Assembly: GCA_035511075.1 (NCBI GenBank)
Contig: DATKFW010000034.1
Coordinates: 45,839 to 109,838 of the forward strand
Direction of reading: 5' to 3'
DNA from: Vulcanimicrobiaceae bacterium
GTDB taxonomy: Bacteria > Verrucomicrobiota > Verrucomicrobiia > Limisphaerales > Palsa-1400
DNA length: 64,000 nt
A program made the translations under genes and the position numbers. The notes beneath the pieces are model-generated. The model worked only from the letters and a program-made list of their open reading frames with translations. It ran no database searches and had not been told where the DNA came from. This document shows positions 44,036 to 53,084 of this stretch, in pieces (within the stretch, counting starts at the first letter, position 1; every line of letters starts with the position of its first letter).

Positions 44036-44710
44036 CTACGCGAATTGAATGCCGCCGAAGCACCGCGGCAGATGAAAATCAAATTCGTCCACTGGCGCCC
44101 ACGATCCCCAGTGCGGATGCGATCCCTCATCGGCGCATTTGTAAAAATTGCCGCGCCATTCCTGCCCGCGAACCTCGCCCAAAGTTCCCACGTACCCCTC
44201 CAAAACGTCAAACGGCACGAAAAAATTCAGTTGCCAGCGCACCGGCCCGGTCATTTCCGGGTCGATGATTTTGGGCAGCGTCGATTGCACCTGGATCCTC
44301 CGCCCGATTTCCTCCGGTAGCCGCGTGAATTTCTTGAAACCGCCCGGCGCCCGCTCCGGGTCCTCGATGTAACAGCACAAATGCGCCCCGCCCGCGTTCA
44401 TCTCCAGGTTGAAATAACCGGCGTCCCGTCGCGGTTGTATGAAAAACTCCACACAACTGTCCTTCCAAACTTCGTCCATGTAGTTGGTCCGCACCGAGCG
44501 CACGTACTGGTCCTGGATATCGAAGATTCCGCGCAGGCCCGCCGCGCCATAGACAAGCCTCACCTGCGTTCGCGGCCGATGCGCCCCGCCTTCGCCCCGG
44601 AATTGATCGACCTGCGCCGTTTGCGCGCTTTTCCACGCGTTATCGTTCCAATCCGCCCCCCCTTCCGGCAGCGCCTCGACCCATTCCGCGCAATACCTGT
44701 ATGCGCTCAA
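44036..44710 (-). CDS. Carbohydrate-binding family 9-like (CBM9/DOMON-like) protein; non-ATG start inferred
   Basis: The C-terminal two thirds of track ORF 44036..45271 read VWKDSCVEFFIQPRRDAGYFNLEMNAGG...WQLNFFVPFDVL...WRGNFYKC, a CBM9-like pattern. The track N-terminus overlaps DUF1501. The only nearby in-frame start is TTG at 44710, which forms a TTGA overlap with the DUF1501 stop. Confidence 0.6.
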   Translation of the reverse strand: MSAYRYCAEWVEALPEGGADWNDNAWKSAQTAQVDQFRGEGGAHRPRTQVRLVYGAAGLRGIFDIQDQYVRSVRTNYMDEVWKDSCVEFFIQPRRDAGYFNLEMNAGGAHLCCYIEDPERAPGGFKKFTRLPEEIGRRIQVQSTLPKIIDPEMTGPVRWQLNFFVPFDVLEGYVGTLGEVRGQEWRGNFYKCADEGSHPHWGSWAPVDEFDFHLPRCFGGIQFA

Positions 44711-46128
44711 GCGAACAATTCCATGATCGGCTTTCCCACCCCGTCCCGCGTCACGTAGAAGGGCCGCCTCTCGATCTCGTAGGACAGCCGCGGCGAAATT
44801 CCAAGCGCGTGGTAGATGGTCGCGTGCAAATCCTCGATGACGACACGGTCCTTGATCGTTTTGCACGGGCGCTCCTCCGCCGTCAACCCATGTAAATGCC
44901 CGCGCTTGATGCCGCCGCCCAACAGCAGCACGCTCCCCGCGTCGGTGAAATGCCGGTGCATTCCGTAAAACTTCATCTCGTCCACTTTTGCCGGCACCTC
45001 CACCTGGTCCTTGACCGGTTTGTCCGGTTTGCCTTCCAGAAGCGCGTCCCGGCTGAATTCGCTGGCCAGCACGATGAGCGTGCGGTCCAGCAAACCGCGC
45101 TCCTCCAAATCCAGCACCAATTGCGCGATCGGCCCATCCACCGTCTTCTTCAGGTCCGCCGCCCGCGTGTGGCCGTTTTCGTGGGTGTCCCAATATTGAA
45201 ATGGAATATATTCGGACGTCACTTCGATGAACCGCGCGCCCGCCTCCGTCAAACGCCGCGCCAGCAAGCATCCCAACCCGAACCGCCCCGTGTCGTATTT
45301 CTGGTAAATCTCCTTTTTCTCCAGTGAGAGATCGAACGCCGCCGCCGCCGGCGAACTCAGCAGGCGATGCGCGTTATCCATCGAACGCAAAAGCGATTCC
45401 TTTTGGTAATCGCTGCCAAATTCCCCGACCGGGCTTTTGGCAACCAGCGCCTTGTAAAACTTCTCCCGGTTCTGAAACCGCGTCGGGCTCATCCCTTCGG
45501 GCGGGCGAACACTCTCGACGGCATCGGCCGGATTGGCGATGAGGAACGGCCCAAATTCCCCGCCTAGAAAGCCGGCGGTATGAAACGCCTTCTCTTCCTC
45601 ACTTTCGCCCACGTCAAAACGCTGTCCGATGTCAATAAAAGCCGGCACCGCCGGATTCTTCGGACCCAGCGTTCGCGCGATCACCGCCCCCAAATGCGGG
45701 GCGGCGACGGTTTGCGGCGGAGCGTAACCGGTGTGCCATTGATACTGGTGCCGCGAGTGGAGGATGAACCCCAGATCGCCGGCCGTGTACGACCGGATCA
45801 GCGTTCCGCGATCCATCACCGACGCGGTCCTCTCAAGCCCCTGCGAGAATTTAATGTTGTCCACCGCCGTGTCGATCTGCGGAAACGTGCTAAGCATGTC
45901 ACTGGCCGGCATCCCCTTGCTGAAGGCCACATAACGCTTTGGATCAAACGTTTCGGTCGCCGCCATTCCCCCAGCCATCCAGAGCACGATCACCGTGTCG
46001 GCGCTCGGCGCTATTCGGGCGTCTTCATCCGCCATTACCCGCCGCGGATAACCTGCCGTCAGCGCGCCGAGCGTTGCCGCGCCGGCCGTCTTCAAAAAAT
46101 CACGCCTGTTCCAATCACGATTCATCAT
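44707..46128 (-). CDS. DUF1501 domain protein (sulfatase-like fold) with twin-arginine leader
   Basis: 473 aa with NRRDFLKTAGAATLGAL and YWDTHENGH. Confidence 0.9.
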   Translation of the reverse strand: MMNRDWNRRDFLKTAGAATLGALTAGYPRRVMADEDARIAPSADTVIVLWMAGGMAATETFDPKRYVAFSKGMPASDMLSTFPQIDTAVDNIKFSQGLERTASVMDRGTLIRSYTAGDLGFILHSRHQYQWHTGYAPPQTVAAPHLGAVIARTLGPKNPAVPAFIDIGQRFDVGESEEEKAFHTAGFLGGEFGPFLIANPADAVESVRPPEGMSPTRFQNREKFYKALVAKSPVGEFGSDYQKESLLRSMDNAHRLLSSPAAAAFDLSLEKKEIYQKYDTGRFGLGCLLARRLTEAGARFIEVTSEYIPFQYWDTHENGHTRAADLKKTVDGPIAQLVLDLEERGLLDRTLIVLASEFSRDALLEGKPDKPVKDQVEVPAKVDEMKFYGMHRHFTDAGSVLLLGGGIKRGHLHGLTAEERPCKTIKDRVVIEDLHATIYHALGISPRLSYEIERRPFYVTRDGVGKPIMELFA

Positions 46129-46154
46129 AGTATTTGCTCAGCGGAGATTAGCTC

Positions 46155-48611
46155 CTAATAGATCAATTGAAATTCCGGCAGCATCACCATCGCCCACAGG
46201 AAATCCTCGATCCCGTCCGGTCCCGGTTCTTTGACGAGCAACCCCTCCGCCGTCTTCAATTCCTCCGGCGTCGGCTCCCGCCCGACGGCCCCCAGGTAAA
46301 TCGAGCGGACTAGGTCCGGCGCGGAAACCTTCTCCTTGACAATGATTGCCGCGCCTTGTTTGAGCGCGTCGGCCAACGTCCGGCCGTTGGTCAATTCCAG
46401 CGCCTCCAACGTCGTCGCCTCACTGCTCCGGGTGGTCACCACTTGTTCGCGGTTGGGACGCCCCATGGCCGTCATCAGCGGGTCCGCGGCCACCAACGAC
46501 GCCCTCACCACGCCCTGATGCAGCTTCGCGAATCGAATCGCAATCAAATCCCGCCCCAATCCCCACGGCTGGATTTCCCCCGTTCCCAACACGCTGGCAG
46601 GCGTCCAGCCCGTCGTCGAGACACGCGGCTGTTCCCAGCCCGCGACCTCCCGTTCCGTCACGACCCATGATGCGTCGGTCACAAAGTCCATCACCTTCTT
46701 GCCGGACCGCCCCCGGACACGCGCATAAACATACAATCCGGCCGGGTTATTGGTGCCCGGCGAGCCGGGGGCATTGACCGCGTGGACGGCGATGACATTG
46801 TTCCCGCGATTCAACCAGTGCTGCATGTCAATCATATAGGGCCTGGAGGAATCGTCGCCCGAGCCCGCCTTGTGGCCGTTGACAAACAATTCAAAGCTGT
46901 TGTCGCACACCACCAGGGCCACCGCCTCTTCCGGCGCGGCGGATAGATGCACCGTTTTTCGGGCGTAAATGTCCCCGGCTTTGGCCGTTTCGGCGGCGCG
47001 GGGATCGTTCCAGATCCATTCTGCCGTCTTCTTCGCGCCAAACTCTTTCTTGGCTTGTTCTCCGATGCCAATGTCCGCGTCCGCGCTGGTGTAACCCGCT
47101 CCCGTCAAGGATGACAAAATATCCCGAAATTCCTCGGCGGACAGCCGCCGCACTTCCGGGCCTGCAAATACATAATTAGTCCCCGCTGCCCCTCCCAAAT
47201 CCACCGCCGGCAATTGGTAGGCGCGCGAAGTCATGATCAGCTCCATCGTGTGTTTCAAGTCGTAGTGATGCGCCGTCAGGTCCTCGGCCAGCCAATCCAG
47301 GAGGTCCTGGTCCCACGCCACTTGCTGCATGTCATCCACCGGTTCGATCAATCCCCGCCCCAGAAACCGCGCCCAGAGCCGGTTGACAATCGTCCGCGTC
47401 AACCGCCCATCTTTCGGGCAGGTCAGCACTCGCGCCAGATCGTCCAAACGCTCCTCCTTGTTCGTCGTCGCGGCAATCTCCCCCAATTGCGGGAAAAGGA
47501 ATTTCGTCGCCGCCTGCTGCCCCGTCGGCGCGTCGCAACGATAGATTTCCAATGGCTTGTCGCTAAAAATGTTGGCAAAGCCGTAGGCGTCAGACAATTG
47601 CCAGTCGTTGATAAAACTGTCGTGGCACGAGGCGCACTTGAGGTTCAGACCCAGGAAAACCTGCGAGATGTTTTGCGCCGCCTGCATCTGCGGCATTTGG
47701 CTGGCGTTAACCGTGCCCCGCCACACGATTCCCTTGATGAACCCCTCCGACGCCGCGCCCGGATCGACCAATTCCCTGACGAATTGGTCGTAAGGCATAT
47801 TGCTCGATAGCGCGCCGTAAAGCCATCGGGTGATCTGTTCCCGCCCGCCGTCAATATAGCCCGTCCCCCTGTAATCATTTCGCAACAGGTCGTTCCAAAA
47901 CGTCAACCAATTCTGCGCATACGCGGCGTTGCGCGAAAGAAGGTCTCGAACCAACGCCCTCCGCTTGTCCGCTTTGCGGCTCGATTCAAACGCCTGGAGC
48001 TCCTGCCCCGTCGGGACCAATCCGATTGTGTCAAGATAAGCCCGCCGGGCAAAGATGCGGTCGCTCACCGGCGCAGGCGGCGTGACTTTGTGCTCCCGGA
48101 AATAAACATCGACGAACCGGTCCACCGGATTGATTTCGATTCCCGCTGCCGGAACTTCCGGCAGACGCGGGTCCAGGTTCTTCGGTGGGATCGGGCCGAA
48201 ACCGATCTCCGGGTCCCACACCACCCCTTGATCGATCCACGCCCGAAGCAACCCGACCTCTTCTGCCGTCAGTTTCTTGCCTTTCTTCGGCATGACTTCA
48301 TCCGGATCGGTGCCCGCGACCAGCGCGATCAGGTGGCTCTCGGCGCTTTTTCCGGGAATGGCGGCGGGACCCGAATCGCCGCCTTTAAGCAATGTCTCGC
48401 GCGAATCGATTCGCAATCCGCCCCGCCCTCTGCCACGCCCGTGACACCGGATGCAGCTCGCCTCAAAAATCGGTTTGACTTCGACGCCGAAATCGACGCG
48501 ATGTTTTGCGGGCGGCGGCAGCGCGTTGATTTGTTCGGGGGTCAGGGCCGCCCCGCTCGAAAGCGCCAGGCTGCAACCGGCAGCAAAGATTGCGGCGAGT
48601 TTGGATTTCAT
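46155..48611 (-). CDS. PSCyt1 + DUF1549 + inserted beta-sandwich + DUF1553 protein (Planctomycete cytochrome c family)
   Basis: 818 aa with a signal peptide. Heme-binding-type CIRCHG. DUF1549 motif KCASCHDSFINDW. DUF1553-type C-terminus FLWAMVMLPEFQLIY. Confidence 0.9.
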   Translation of the reverse strand: MKSKLAAIFAAGCSLALSSGAALTPEQINALPPPAKHRVDFGVEVKPIFEASCIRCHGRGRGRGGLRIDSRETLLKGGDSGPAAIPGKSAESHLIALVAGTDPDEVMPKKGKKLTAEEVGLLRAWIDQGVVWDPEIGFGPIPPKNLDPRLPEVPAAGIEINPVDRFVDVYFREHKVTPPAPVSDRIFARRAYLDTIGLVPTGQELQAFESSRKADKRRALVRDLLSRNAAYAQNWLTFWNDLLRNDYRGTGYIDGGREQITRWLYGALSSNMPYDQFVRELVDPGAASEGFIKGIVWRGTVNASQMPQMQAAQNISQVFLGLNLKCASCHDSFINDWQLSDAYGFANIFSDKPLEIYRCDAPTGQQAATKFLFPQLGEIAATTNKEERLDDLARVLTCPKDGRLTRTIVNRLWARFLGRGLIEPVDDMQQVAWDQDLLDWLAEDLTAHHYDLKHTMELIMTSRAYQLPAVDLGGAAGTNYVFAGPEVRRLSAEEFRDILSSLTGAGYTSADADIGIGEQAKKEFGAKKTAEWIWNDPRAAETAKAGDIYARKTVHLSAAPEEAVALVVCDNSFELFVNGHKAGSGDDSSRPYMIDMQHWLNRGNNVIAVHAVNAPGSPGTNNPAGLYVYARVRGRSGKKVMDFVTDASWVVTEREVAGWEQPRVSTTGWTPASVLGTGEIQPWGLGRDLIAIRFAKLHQGVVRASLVAADPLMTAMGRPNREQVVTTRSSEATTLEALELTNGRTLADALKQGAAIIVKEKVSAPDLVRSIYLGAVGREPTPEELKTAEGLLVKEPGPDGIEDFLWAMVMLPEFQLIY

Positions 48612-48817
48612 CTAGACCTCATACTATCACTATCCTGGACGAAGATAGAGGCAATTATAATCATCCCACGCGATTCAACCGGGCGCACCTCATTTTTTGG
48701 AATTGCCATTTTTCCGGGGGGTGAGCAGCACCGGATGCGGTGCCTCTCTCGTCTGTTCTGAATCCGCGAGCCCCAAATTCGTCTGGGTCTTGAACGTTCT
48801 CGGTTAGCGACCCCTCT

Positions 48818-50350
48818 TCACTTGCCTTTTGGATCCAGGTTCTGCTTCAAATCATCCTCCGTCACCGTGCTTTCGACCCCGTCGGCAGGCACCTCCGCTT
48901 TCGCTATCCAAAGGATGCCATTCAAAACGATTTTCCGAAAATTATCGTTCCCCCAATTCTTGTGGTAATGCGCCCCGGTAAATCCAAAACCGCGCCCCCC
49001 GTCAGGCCTCTCGAATGCCCACGCCACGATGGCCGGTTCTCCATTGCGGACCGACTCCCGCACCGCTGGATTCCCCGAATGCGGCCCATCAGGCCGGTCC
49101 ATCGTGCTCGCCGGGGGAATGGCCGAAAGAATGGGCGTGACCCCTTTCATGCCGTCCGGAAACCGCAAATGAAAATACCACTCGTCCCTGATTTCAAACG
49201 GTTTGACGCCGCGCGTTATCGGGTGGTCGGGCATCGTAGCAAAATCGGCCTTCCATACCGGGTTGACCGACCAATTCGGTTCATACGCGCCCCCAAGCCA
49301 GTCCAGATACTCTTTTTCACCCTTCTCCGGCGTCACCTCCACCGCCCAATGAATGGCCGCCAAACCGACGCCTTTATCCATCAGCGCGCCGATTTGCTGT
49401 AAATGGTCGTCCTGCAGCAACGCGTGTTGCGGGCCGCCGTCCATTGAAAGCACAATCGCATCGGCCCCGTCAAAGGCATCTGCCGCCGTGGGCCACCCGT
49501 TGGTATAGACAACTGTCTCGATGTCCGGAACGCTGCGCAGACATTGCTGCAACAGCAGACACCCGGCGTTGTACTCGTGCTCGCCCGGCCCGTGGCTGGG
49601 TGTGCCCGCGACAAACACGATTTTCTTGCCGCCCAGTTTCTCGTTTATCCGCAAATCGCGAAACTCCACCGTCATCGGCTCTCCGTGATGCAATTGCAGG
49701 CCGATGATCCCCGTGGCGGCGAATTTGCCCGTTTCATCGTCCACCACGTCAATCATTTCCTTGCCGTTGATAAATTGCTGGAGATGGTCGCCTTTGGCGA
49801 TGATGACGTAATCGTTCCAATCCCCCTTGTGAATTTCATTTTCCAAATCGGCCGCACTCCCCAGCGAACCGACTACTTCCTTGGTCCCGTCCGCATGAAT
49901 GACCAGCTTTTGGCCGCGCGAGGCCAGAATGCCCCGTTCCTTCTCCTCGTACAATCCGCCCGTGTAATTCGGCCCCGCCTCCATGTCCGCCTGGTAACCG
50001 GCCATCACCCAATACGAGGGCTTGACGACCTTGCTACGGTATTGGATCCCGGAATTGGCGAAACCCACGTCATTGTTTGCAACGATTTTAAACGAGCAGC
50101 GCATCTCAAAATCGCCCGGCTGCCCGTTGGTCCAGATCAAAAATGTATTTTCCTGCGCCGGCTTTTCCTTGGTCGTCTGGCCCACGATGGCCCCGTCCCT
50201 TACCGACCACAGGTCCGGGCTGCCGGACCATCCCGTGAGGTCCTGGCCGTTGAACATGCTCACGAACCCCGGCTCCGCCCTCAAAGAACCCCCGCGCGCC
50301 ACAAGGCACGCCACGCCGACGGCAATGAATCCGCTGATATTTAATCTCAT
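48818..50350 (-). CDS. DUF1080 (3-keto-disaccharide hydrolase-like) + ThuA-like domain fusion, secreted
   Basis: 510 aa with a signal peptide. N-terminal half: GW...WSVRDGAIVG...GDFEMRCSFKIV...NSGIQYRS. C-terminal half: KIVFVAGTPSHGPGEHEY, which is ThuA-like. Confidence 0.8.
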   Translation of the reverse strand: MRLNISGFIAVGVACLVARGGSLRAEPGFVSMFNGQDLTGWSGSPDLWSVRDGAIVGQTTKEKPAQENTFLIWTNGQPGDFEMRCSFKIVANNDVGFANSGIQYRSKVVKPSYWVMAGYQADMEAGPNYTGGLYEEKERGILASRGQKLVIHADGTKEVVGSLGSAADLENEIHKGDWNDYVIIAKGDHLQQFINGKEMIDVVDDETGKFAATGIIGLQLHHGEPMTVEFRDLRINEKLGGKKIVFVAGTPSHGPGEHEYNAGCLLLQQCLRSVPDIETVVYTNGWPTAADAFDGADAIVLSMDGGPQHALLQDDHLQQIGALMDKGVGLAAIHWAVEVTPEKGEKEYLDWLGGAYEPNWSVNPVWKADFATMPDHPITRGVKPFEIRDEWYFHLRFPDGMKGVTPILSAIPPASTMDRPDGPHSGNPAVRESVRNGEPAIVAWAFERPDGGRGFGFTGAHYHKNWGNDNFRKIVLNGILWIAKAEVPADGVESTVTEDDLKQNLDPKGK

Positions 50351-50519
50351 GATTCCAGCAGCCTACAGAGTTCCTCGCCCAACTTCAACTGCTCAAATGG
50401 CGCTGATGTTTATTGCATTATTATTCGCCTCTGATAAGAATCAATTCCGCCAAGTGAAGCCAAAGAAAAAGAACTGGCGCGTTGTTTGCAAAGGACAATC
50501 AAAACATCAAAAATTATCT

Positions 50520-52871
50520 ATGAAGACACGTGAATTGACGAATTGTTTACTTTTCCGGCGCCTCTCCGGGGCCGCGGCAGCGCTGGTCATTGCGTTGGGC
50601 GCGGCCCAGACCGCATCGGCCCAGGCCACGAATTACCCCGCTACGATCCTGTCCAACAATCCGGTCGCCTACTATCAGTTGCAGGAATTGCCGGGCGCCA
50701 CCACGGCCATCGATTCCTCGATAAATCACATGGACGCCGCCTATGATTATGACGCGTCTGACGCCACGCCGGTGTTGGGCTTCGCAGGTATTGACACCAA
50801 TTCCATTGCGTTCCTCGGCAATCTTTCCGACGGCTACGGCGACATTGACATCCCCTTCAACAACTTGCTCTCTCCCACGACCAGTGACGGTATGACCGGC
50901 GCTCCGTTTTCCATCGAGTGTTGGGCTCAGGCCTATTCGGGAAATGTCGGGACGGGGATTTATTTATCCGTCATGGGCGTGTTCGGGGTATATGGCAGCG
51001 GGACCTATTACAACGCCTCCGGATGGCTTCTGGGCCAGACCCCCGGCCCGGGCAGCACCTGGCTCTTTAATATGAAAAACGCCGGCTTCCTCGGCTCCGG
51101 ACCCGTGGTGCCGTTGCAATGGACTCATTTGGTGGGGACCTTTGACGGAACAAATCAGAATTTTTACGTCAACGCCCAATTGGTTGGCACCGCGATTGGG
51201 ACAGGCTACCTTGCGGACAACGATTCCGATGGCATGATTGGCGCGGTGCCCAACGCCGGCTTTCCGCCCTACGGCCCATGGTTGGGCGGCGTGGACCAGG
51301 TTGCCTTTTACACCAACGCACTGACATCGGAGCAAATCTCCAACGACTACGCTGCCGGCATCAACTCCTTGAGCGTTAGACCCATGGCGCCCTTGATCGC
51401 GACCCAGCCGGTCTCGGAAACTAATTTTTCAGGAACCGAGGTTACTTTTTCCGTCGTAGGCGTTGGCACGCCGCCGCTCTATTATCAATGGACCCGGCAG
51501 GGCGTTGGCCCGATTCCAAATGCGACCAACGCCAGCTACTCGTTGGTCTCCCATTACCCCGACGACAACAACGCGGTTTATTTCGTTGAAGTTTCCAATT
51601 CGATCAGCGAAGTGGAATCTGATCTGGCGACCAATGTCGTGCAAACCGGCATCGAGGTAGAAGGCCCCCCATTCTCCATCACTCGCAACATCGGCAGCCA
51701 CGCGGCGTTCCGAATCGCCGTCGTCGGCGCTGTGCCGCTCGGCTATCAATGGTCTGAAAGCACCGACGGCGGCGCCACTTTCCAAACACTGCTCAACCAA
51801 ACCGCCGACACGCTCTGGCTCACCAACGTCCAAATGAACTTGAGTGGCAACGAGTATGCCGTGTTGGTCACCAACCCTTTTACCTCCTACAGCAATTTCG
51901 CCACCCTGACGGTCCAGCCCAGGGCCACCAACGAAACGCTTTCGGGCTATGCCGCCATTGTCGCGGCGGACAATCCGGTCGCCTTTTGGCAACTGAACGA
52001 ACCCAACGGCTCTACCAACGCGATTGATGCCGTCGGCAGCTTCGACGGCGGCTACAGTAACGCGCTCGGCACTATCGTGTTTGGCATCACAACGGGCGTT
52101 CCGAACGACACCAACTTCGGGGTCGATCTTCAAGACTCGGAGACCACCAACATCGGCCTGGGCGGCCAGGTGGACATCCCATACGCATTGGAGTTGAATC
52201 CCTTCGGCCCCTGGTCGGCGGAAGCCTGGATCAGGCCCGACGGCGTGGACGACGTCTTCCGCGTCCCGTTTTCATCGCTGTCGGATACAAACTATGAAAA
52301 CAACGAAACGGGTTGGAATATCTATCAAACCCCAACTCCCCCTCCGGCTTACTGGGCATTGAACCTGTTCAACGGTGGAAACACCGCGGGCTATACGGGC
52401 AACGACCTTGGCCATCCGCTCGTTCCCGGGACGTGGTATCACCTGGTCATTACTGATGACGGAAACGTGATCCAACTTTACGTCAACGGCGTGCCTGGAA
52501 GCGCCAGCACCACGGTGGCCGCCTCCGGCTTTATTCCAAATGGCCTGAATGGCGATACGAATGTGGCCGGCGAGGAAGAAGTGCTCGGCCAGGGCAGCGA
52601 CGGCGCCTATAACGGTGGCAACAATGGCATGGCCGACGTCGCTTTTTACAATTATGCCCTCACGCCGGCCCAGATCCAGTTGCATTACCTAAACAGAGCC
52701 TCGCTGACTGTCTCCCAAGCCAACGGGCAAACCATCGTGACATGGCCGGTGGGAGTTCTCCTTGGAACGTCCGATCTCACGCAGCCTTTTGTCCCGGTAG
52801 CCGGCGCCGCGTCGCCCTATACAGTTCCCCCAGGCAGCCCCCAATTCTTCTACAAAGTGGTCGTCCATTAG
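50520..52871 (+). CDS. Secreted protein with two LamG domains flanking Ig-like domains
   Basis: Start at the internal ATG 50520 (MKTRELTNCLLFRRLSGAAAALVIALGAAQTASA). The track start at 50022 is antisense to the DUF1080 gene. Ig-like PPLYYQWTRQG. LamG patterns WTHLVGTFDG...FYVN and WYHLVITDDGNVIQLYVNG. Confidence 0.75.
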   Translation: MKTRELTNCLLFRRLSGAAAALVIALGAAQTASAQATNYPATILSNNPVAYYQLQELPGATTAIDSSINHMDAAYDYDASDATPVLGFAGIDTNSIAFLGNLSDGYGDIDIPFNNLLSPTTSDGMTGAPFSIECWAQAYSGNVGTGIYLSVMGVFGVYGSGTYYNASGWLLGQTPGPGSTWLFNMKNAGFLGSGPVVPLQWTHLVGTFDGTNQNFYVNAQLVGTAIGTGYLADNDSDGMIGAVPNAGFPPYGPWLGGVDQVAFYTNALTSEQISNDYAAGINSLSVRPMAPLIATQPVSETNFSGTEVTFSVVGVGTPPLYYQWTRQGVGPIPNATNASYSLVSHYPDDNNAVYFVEVSNSISEVESDLATNVVQTGIEVEGPPFSITRNIGSHAAFRIAVVGAVPLGYQWSESTDGGATFQTLLNQTADTLWLTNVQMNLSGNEYAVLVTNPFTSYSNFATLTVQPRATNETLSGYAAIVAADNPVAFWQLNEPNGSTNAIDAVGSFDGGYSNALGTIVFGITTGVPNDTNFGVDLQDSETTNIGLGGQVDIPYALELNPFGPWSAEAWIRPDGVDDVFRVPFSSLSDTNYENNETGWNIYQTPTPPPAYWALNLFNGGNTAGYTGNDLGHPLVPGTWYHLVITDDGNVIQLYVNGVPGSASTTVAASGFIPNGLNGDTNVAGEEEVLGQGSDGAYNGGNNGMADVAFYNYALTPAQIQLHYLNRASLTVSQANGQTIVTWPVGVLLGTSDLTQPFVPVAGAASPYTVPPGSPQFFYKVVVH

Positions 52872-52908
52872 CGTCAACAAGAAAGAGACCGTCACCCCAT
52901 CCATCCCT

Positions 52909-52926
52909 GTAATCCGTGTAATCCGC
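52909..52926. repeat. Tandem 9-mer GTAATCCGT GTAATCCGC in an intergenic region
   Basis: Read directly from the sequence: two adjacent copies with one mismatch. Confidence 0.6.
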
Positions 52927-53084
52927 GGGAAATTTTCTTCTCAAAAAGGAGAATCTCCGCCCTCCAAATAATCCCTTCCCGACGCTCCCCGCGGCCCAAC
53001 ACACGACACCCAGCCCTTCTATTTGTTGACCCAAGTCCCTTTCAGGCTATCTTCCGACATGTTTGAAAATTGTTGGAGTTACGC

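Noticed and set aside
44711-45271. N-terminal 187 aa of track ORF 44036..45271
   Set aside because: This part overlaps the DUF1501 gene in another frame and is Gly/Ala/Arg-rich. CBM9-like similarity begins only after the DUF1501 stop.
50022-50519. N-terminal 166 aa of track ORF 50022..52871
   Set aside because: It is antisense to the DUF1080-ThuA gene. A proper signal peptide starts at the internal ATG 50520.
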